NCBI GenBank assembly: GCA_012514895.1
Contig: JAAYZK010000188.1
Coordinates: forward strand, 25 to 64,024
Length of the DNA: 64,000 nucleotides
Direction: 5' to 3'
Origin: Planctomycetota bacterium
GTDB lineage: Bacteria > Planctomycetota > Phycisphaerae > SM23-33 > FEN-1343
The notes below the pieces were generated by a model that saw only the letters and a list, made by a program, of their open reading frames with translations, was not told the origin of the DNA and did no database searches. Within the stretch, counting starts at the first letter, position 1, and every line of letters begins with the position of its first letter. This document shows positions 58,770 through 64,000 of this stretch, piece by piece. Made by a program: the position numbers and the translations under genes.

Positions 58770-59759
58770 TCAGATGCCCCCGCGCCGGCGGCGCAGGATC
58801 GGCGCCGCCAGTGCCAGCAAGGCGGCCGTCGCGGGTTCCGGCACGGCACACTGGTCCCAGAAGCAGCGCTTCAGCAGGGCGAAGTCGTCGAGGTCCACGG
58901 CGCCGTCGTCGTTGAAGTCGCCTTCGGCCCAGCCCCCCCAGACGCCGGTACGGCCGAAGTTGTTCTTGAGGAGGGCGAAGTCGTCGAGGTCGACGTCATA
59001 GGGGCAACGCGGGTCGCGATGGGCGATCACGTCGGCCAGAGCGGTGATCTCAACGCCCAGGCCGTTCGGCAGCGTCGTGGCGGGATCGTCCCATTCCGGC
59101 AGCACACTGATGTCGCCGGCCCCGTGGGCGACCCACATGCCGACATACGTCAGAATGGGCGGTAACGGCGGGTCGGTGTCTGCGGGGTTCCCGACATACC
59201 GGTGCATCGCCGTCAGGCCCGTGATGGGCGCCTCGCTGATGTACCGTGCCTGGCCCCCCGGGGTGGACGGGTATGGCGCGAGGCCCACCAGGCACGGGCT
59301 GAGTGAATCCGCGATCCAGGTCCGCCCCGGGGTGCAGGCCAGGCCCGCCACGTCGCCGGCGGTCTGCCATTGGGGCCCGAGATAGTCTCCGTTCATCGTG
59401 TGCCGCGTGACCGTCCTGTCCGCGCCGACCCACAGTTCGTTCTCCGCCTGCGCGATGGCGGTGATCCGGCTGGAGACATGCTCGATGTGCCGTTCCCCCA
59501 CGACGTTGCCGTCCAGGTCCAGGACCGTCACCATGCCGCCCGGGGCGCCGGCGACCCAGACCTCCTCATCGACCTGCGTCATGGCATAGATCGGGTGGGA
59601 CAGCCCCGGGTCGAAGGACGCCAGGGGCGTGGCGTCCTCCGGATCGAGCAGGTGAATCTGCCCCGTATCATCCGCCGCCCACACGCCGTAATACCCCGCC
59701 GGCGCCGCGACGGCCCACAACCCCACGACCGCGACCGCGATGATGCATGCCCTGTTCAT
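58770..59759 (-). CDS. PEP-CTERM protein with beta-propeller-like N-terminus and dockerin-like module
   Basis: Start at ATG 59759 with a signal peptide; 'DLDDFALLK' twice; C-terminal 'VPEPATAALLALAAPILRRRR'. Confidence 0.85.
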   Translation of the reverse strand: MNRACIIAVAVVGLWAVAAPAGYYGVWAADDTGQIHLLDPEDATPLASFDPGLSHPIYAMTQVDEEVWVAGAPGGMVTVLDLDGNVVGERHIEHVSSRITAIAQAENELWVGADRTVTRHTMNGDYLGPQWQTAGDVAGLACTPGRTWIADSLSPCLVGLAPYPSTPGGQARYISEAPITGLTAMHRYVGNPADTDPPLPPILTYVGMWVAHGAGDISVLPEWDDPATTLPNGLGVEITALADVIAHRDPRCPYDVDLDDFALLKNNFGRTGVWGGWAEGDFNDDGAVDLDDFALLKRCFWDQCAVPEPATAALLALAAPILRRRRGGI

Positions 59760-59815
59760 GATTGCGATCTCCCCAAGAAGGTACCCGCTGAAGCCCGGGA
59801 ACAACCCACGGCCCT

Positions 59816-59892
59816 AATATACGGCGATAGATATTTTCCGTCAAGGCCCGATCCAGCCGCCTCTTGCACTCGTCCCGCCCGGCCGGTATGAC
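59816..59892. promoter_or_regulatory. Divergent sigma70-type promoter pair
   Basis: Minus strand TTGACG (59844-59839), N17, TATATT (59821-59816). Plus strand TTGCAC (59864-59869), N17, TATGAC (59887-59892). Confidence 0.5.
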
Positions 59893-59903
59893 TGGCGGAG
59901 CCC

Positions 59904-60752
59904 ATGTGTGCAACGACCGCCTTCTTCGCCCTGACGTTCATCCCGCCGACGGCCGACGACCCGGTGCGCTTCATGCTGCTGGCGTCGCTGGCGGCGGCGA
60001 TCTTCGGGGCGACCAAGGCGGGATTCGGCGGGGGGCTGGGGATGGTGTCGACGCCGCTGATGATCTACGCGTGCGGGGATCCCCCCACGGCCCTGGCGAT
60101 CATGCTGCCGCTGCTGATCACGGCCGACTACGTGACGGCGGCGATGTGGTGGCGGCAGTGGGACGGGCGTAACGTCCTGGCCCTGCTGCCGGGGGCCCTG
60201 GCGGGGATCGCCGCCGGCGGGGCGGTCCTGGCGCTGTTCCGCCACCTGGGAGCCGAGGCGGGCAAGGAGCTGACCGGCGCCGCCCTCGCCCTGGCCATCG
60301 GCCTGCTGGCGACGGGCTTCGTCGCCCTGCACGTCGTCCGCGCTGTCCGCGGCGGTATCGCCGTTTTCCGACCCGGCCGAGCCCACGCCCTGGGCTTCGG
60401 CGCCGCCGCCGGCCTGTCCAGCACACTGGCCCACGCCGCCGGGCCCGTCACGCAGATGTACCTGCTGCCCCAGCAGATGCCCAAGGGCCGCTACGTGGCC
60501 ACGACGGTCCTGTTCTACTGGATCATCAACCAGGCCAAGCTCGTGCCCTACTTCGCCCTGAAGATGGTCTCCACCGGGACCCTCGGCGCGGACCTGGTCC
60601 TCCTGCCCGCCGTCGTCGTCGGCGCCCTGGCGGGGCTGGCGCTGCACCGGCGGATCAATACCGTCTGGTTCAACCGCCTCGTGTACGGCCTGCTGGGAGT
60701 GATCGGCCTGCACCTGGCGATCACCAGCGCGATGGCGCTGTTCGGTGGCTGA
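59904..60752 (+). CDS. TauE/SafE family sulfite exporter
   Basis: 'GATKAGFGGGLG', 'AIMLPLL', 'GLSSTLAHAAGP', 'INQAKLVPY'; multiple TM segments. Confidence 0.88.
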   Translation: MCATTAFFALTFIPPTADDPVRFMLLASLAAAIFGATKAGFGGGLGMVSTPLMIYACGDPPTALAIMLPLLITADYVTAAMWWRQWDGRNVLALLPGALAGIAAGGAVLALFRHLGAEAGKELTGAALALAIGLLATGFVALHVVRAVRGGIAVFRPGRAHALGFGAAAGLSSTLAHAAGPVTQMYLLPQQMPKGRYVATTVLFYWIINQAKLVPYFALKMVSTGTLGADLVLLPAVVVGALAGLALHRRINTVWFNRLVYGLLGVIGLHLAITSAMALFGG

Positions 60753-60888
60753 GCGGATCGGCGAAGCAGGAGACAGGATCGGGGCCGCGGCCTGCAAAGC
60801 CGTGCCGTCGGCCGCCGGTCATCGACCTGGGGGGTGGAACTCCGCAGATCGCGGAACCCTTTGGGGCACCGTTTCCCGCGACCTCCGC

Positions 60889-61521
60889 TCAGCCCCCGGC
60901 CTGCCGCCTGCCGTTAGCCAGGCGGGTGGCGATCGTTGCGACGTGGCGGCCCTGGTAGGCGGCGATGGCCAGCTCGTTCTCCGTGGGCAGGCGAGAACCG
61001 TCCGCGCCGGACATCGTCGTGGCGCCGTAGGGCGTGCCGCCGGTGACTTCCTCCATGTTCAGAAGACGTTTCTCAGCATAGGGCACGCCGACGATGATCA
61101 TCCCCAGGTGCAGCAGTGTCGTGTGGAAGCTCGTGATCGTCGTTTCCTGCCCCCCGTGCTGCGACGCCGTGGAGGCGAACACGCTGGCGACCTTGCCGAC
61201 CAGCGCCCCGGCCAGCCAGAGCCCGCCGGTCTGGTCGAGGAAGTTGCGCATCTGGGCGGCCATGTTCCCGTAGCGGGTGGGGGTGCCGAAGATCAGGGCG
61301 TCGGCCTCGGCCAGGCGGTCCACCCTGGCGACAGGGATGTGGCCAAACGCCTCGCGGGCCTTCTTGGCGCCCGACCTGGCCAGGGCTTCCTCCGGCACCA
61401 GCTCGGGGACCTGGTAGAGCGACACCTCCGCGCCGCTGACCTCCCGGGCGCCGGCGGCAACCGCCTCGGCCATCCGGTAGATGTGGCCGTACATGCTGTA
61501 GAAGATGATCTGGATGTTCAT
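60889..61521 (-). CDS. wrbA: NAD(P)H:quinone oxidoreductase WrbA
   Basis: 'IFYSMYGH', '[10 protein letters not shown]', '[12 protein letters not shown]', 'GGTPYGATT'. ATG 61521 follows a GGAGA RBS. Confidence 0.95.
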   Translation of the reverse strand: MNIQIIFYSMYGHIYRMAEAVAAGAREVSGAEVSLYQVPELVPEEALARSGAKKAREAFGHIPVARVDRLAEADALIFGTPTRYGNMAAQMRNFLDQTGGLWLAGALVGKVASVFASTASQHGGQETTITSFHTTLLHLGMIIVGVPYAEKRLLNMEEVTGGTPYGATTMSGADGSRLPTENELAIAAYQGRHVATIATRLANGRRQAGG

Positions 61522-61697
61522 GGTTGTCTCTCCCGCGGCCTGCAAAGTCCCTCCGCGCCGGGCGGCACGTGAAGGCCCAATCATTGAAGTATAGTCCCCG
61601 ACCCCGGGATTGTCGGCAGGAAGGCCCCGCCGGCCTGGAGGCCCTGCTTATAATGAAGTAACGCAAGGGGCGCGATTTCGCTTGCTGGAGAGGGTCC

Positions 61698-62981
61698 ATG
61701 TCCACGTCTGAGATGCCGCCGGGGTTCGACGCGCTGCGGGGGTTCGGTCTGATCGACGCCCTGATGGGGCGGCGGTCGCGGCGGGTGTTCCGGGGGGCCG
61801 AGATTCCCGACGGGGTCCTGGCGTTCCGGTCGGCCCACGCGCCGATGCCGCTGTCGGAGCTGGAGACGCTGCTGGTGGTCGCCGCCTGCGGGGCCAATAC
61901 CGGCTGGCACCACCTGATCTACCGCGCCGAGCGTTACGCGCCGCACCTGTCGAACTATGCGGGGGCGGCGGGGGGGCGGACGTTCCCGTCGGCGGCGGGA
62001 TTCCACACCTCCAAGACGTTCTACACGGACGACACCGGCCTGTACGTCCTGGACGACCGCGACGCGCCGGCCTTCGCCGAGCGGCGAGCCGACGGCGGGC
62101 TGGACTTCGACGAGGTCCTCTCGGCCCTGCGCGGCTGCGTCCGCCGGGTCCATCCGGGCCGTCTGCGTCTGCCGCCCAGGACGCCCCAGGTCGAGCCGCA
62201 CAACACGTGGGTGGTCAACCATCCCGGGACGCTGCTGGTCATCCCCGTGGGAGACCTGGCCCAGCAGGTCCTGCTGGCCCTGTGCTACATGCTGCAGAAC
62301 GGGCTGGTGATCACCGACGACGTCCACCGGCGGCCGGTGCCGGGGATCGAGCAGTTCGCCGACATCGTCGACGTGGAGAACACCTGGACGCTGACGTTCC
62401 TGGAGCAGTTCGCCCTGGGCGAGCTTGCGGTCGAACTGGGCGCGAGCTGCTACGCCGGGGCGCTGACGCTTCAGGCGATGGGGCTGGGCGGGTGGATGTT
62501 CAGCGGCATCGACCCCTTCGCCCTGCTGGGGGCGTCGGAGGACCCGGAGGTTCCGGGCATGGGCTTCCGCTGCGACAGGGACGACCGCTGGCCGTACCCC
62601 AACCCCACGGGTCTGGCGGGGGTCATGGAGGGGTTCTGCCCGCCGCACCACGCGACGATGCGGGATGCCGTCGAGGCGGTCTGCCGGCGGAAGTTCGGTC
62701 CCGGCGGCCCGTTCCACCCGCAGACGCCGGGGCCGTGGAAGGACACGCCGGCCGTCCGCGGCGCCGCCGAGGTGCACGGCGAGCGCTTCCGCCGGTGCGT
62801 GGCGCACCAGGCGCAGTACGTCTACGACGCGTTCGGCAAGTTCCCCGGGACCGTCCCGTCCATCTACGCGCTGATGTACCTGCAGGCCCAGCACCTGGAC
62901 CTGGACTTCTACGACCGGTTCTTCGCGCCCGGGGCGTACCTGGCGACGCACGCCGAGCACATGCGTCAGTGGCATCCGTGA
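61698..62981 (+). CDS. Conserved hypothetical protein with nitroreductase/SagB-like FMN-binding motifs
   Basis: 'RRSRR', 'LSELE', 'GRTFPSAAG', 'ELG......L.LQAMGLGG'. A TATAAT lies at 61649-61654. Confidence 0.55.
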   Translation: MSTSEMPPGFDALRGFGLIDALMGRRSRRVFRGAEIPDGVLAFRSAHAPMPLSELETLLVVAACGANTGWHHLIYRAERYAPHLSNYAGAAGGRTFPSAAGFHTSKTFYTDDTGLYVLDDRDAPAFAERRADGGLDFDEVLSALRGCVRRVHPGRLRLPPRTPQVEPHNTWVVNHPGTLLVIPVGDLAQQVLLALCYMLQNGLVITDDVHRRPVPGIEQFADIVDVENTWTLTFLEQFALGELAVELGASCYAGALTLQAMGLGGWMFSGIDPFALLGASEDPEVPGMGFRCDRDDRWPYPNPTGLAGVMEGFCPPHHATMRDAVEAVCRRKFGPGGPFHPQTPGPWKDTPAVRGAAEVHGERFRRCVAHQAQYVYDAFGKFPGTVPSIYALMYLQAQHLDLDFYDRFFAPGAYLATHAEHMRQWHP

Positions 62982-63028
62982 CGATTCCTGTTGAGCCGGT
63001 GCCCGCCGGGGCGTAGACTCCGCTTCCC

Positions 63029-64000
63029 GTGGATGAGCCTCGCCCCCGACATGATCCGTACGCCGCCTTCCGCGTCCCCGCGTTCCGCCGCCTGCTGATC
63101 GGCGGGCAGATCGTGCGCATCGGCACCAGCGGGCAGGCCCTGGCGATCAGTTGGGAGATGTTCCAGCGGACGAGGGATCCGATGGCCCTGGGGCTGGTCG
63201 GGCTGGTGCAGGCGATCCCGATGCTCCTGCTGACCCTGCCGGCCGGCTACCTGGCCGACGTGCTGGACCGTCGCAGGCTGATGGTGGCGGGCATGCTGCT
63301 GACCAGCGCCACCAGCTTGGGTCTTGCGGCATTCAGTTGGATGGAAGGCTCGATCGCGATCATGTACGTCCTGCTGTTCATCGACCGGGCGGCCCTGCAG
63401 TTGGCGTGGCCGGCTTCGGCGTCGCTGCTGCCGCTGATCGTCCCGGCCGAGACGTTCGAGAACGCCATGAAGTGGCGGACGAGCCTGGGGCAGATCTCCA
63501 ACGTGATCGGCCCGGTGGTGGGGGGGTTCCTCATTGCCTGGTCGATTCCGGCGGCGTACCTGCTCAGCGCCGCCTCGACGCTGGCGAACATCGTCCTGCT
63601 GCTGTCGATCGACATCCCCGACGCGCCGCGGGCGGTCCGGGGGCGGATGATCCGCCAGGTCGCCGAGGGCGTGGCGTTCGTGTGGCGCCGCAAGGTGCTG
63701 CTGGGGGCGATCTCGCTGGACCTGTTCGGCGTCCTGCTGGGCGGGGCGGTCTACCTGCTGCCGATGTACGTGGACGGCATCATCGACCTGTCGGGCACCG
63801 GCCTGTCGCCCGAGAAGGCCCTGGGCTGGCTGCGGTTCGCCCCGGCCGCCGGGGCGCTGGTCATGGCCCTGATCCTCACCCACGCCCCGCCCTTCCGCCG
63901 GGCCGGCCGCACCATGCTGCTGGCCGTCGCCAGCTTCGGGGCCGCGACCATCGTGTTCGGCTTCTCGCGGAATTTCTGGCTGTCGATGGCGATGCTCGCC
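63029..64000 (+). CDS. MFS transporter (DHA3/EntS-like), 3'-partial
   Basis: Absent from the track (no stop in window). GTG 63029, then 'HDPYAAFRVPAFRRLL', 'ALGLVGLVQAIP', 'GYLADVLDRRRL', 'GAISLDLFGVLLGG'. Confidence 0.88.
   Translation, partial: MDEPRPRHDPYAAFRVPAFRRLLIGGQIVRIGTSGQALAISWEMFQRTRDPMALGLVGLVQAIPMLLLTLPAGYLADVLDRRRLMVAGMLLTSATSLGLAAFSWMEGSIAIMYVLLFIDRAALQLAWPASASLLPLIVPAETFENAMKWRTSLGQISNVIGPVVGGFLIAWSIPAAYLLSAASTLANIVLLLSIDIPDAPRAVRGRMIRQVAEGVAFVWRRKVLLGAISLDLFGVLLGGAVYLLPMYVDGIIDLSGTGLSPEKALGWLRFAPAAGALVMALILTHAPPFRRAGRTMLLAVASFGAATIVFGFSRNFWLSMAMLA

Noticed and set aside
58520-58770. Long leader inspected for a c-di-GMP or other riboswitch
   Set aside because: No recognisable aptamer core was seen, only a weak TTGACG-N17-TACAAG promoter. 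An Rfam/Infernal scan would be needed to exclude it fully.

Overview
This is a very GC-rich bacterial window, most likely from a Planctomycetota/Phycisphaerae genome. That assignment rests on LEPR-xLL planctomycete export motifs, 'DLDDFxxLKxNFG' dockerin-like repeats and a PEP-CTERM protein. From left to right it contains: (i) two giant secreted multidomain proteins with VWA or proprotein-convertase P domains nested inside SdrD-B-like repeats, flanking a DUF4838-type protein; (ii) a URO-D / beta-helix / DegT operon divergent from an AraC regulator; (iii) a copA ATPase and several two-component genes; (iv) malQ-glgX-treY-treZ converging on treT-mscS; (v) a sigma54-activator-centred locus with two -24/-12 promoters, one driving speD-like, GNAT, ATP-grasp, PLP fold-III decarboxylase and agmatine deiminase-like genes, the other driving Re-citrate-synthase-like, PIG-L deacetylase, GT4 and GH100-like genes; (vi) sugar-catabolism genes, dockerin proteins, tauE, wrbA, a nitroreductase-like gene and a partial MFS transporter. 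Locus (v) is the best candidate for an undescribed small-molecule pathway. I recognised no rRNA, tRNA, CRISPR array or transposase. All product calls come from motif recognition by eye, with no database search.
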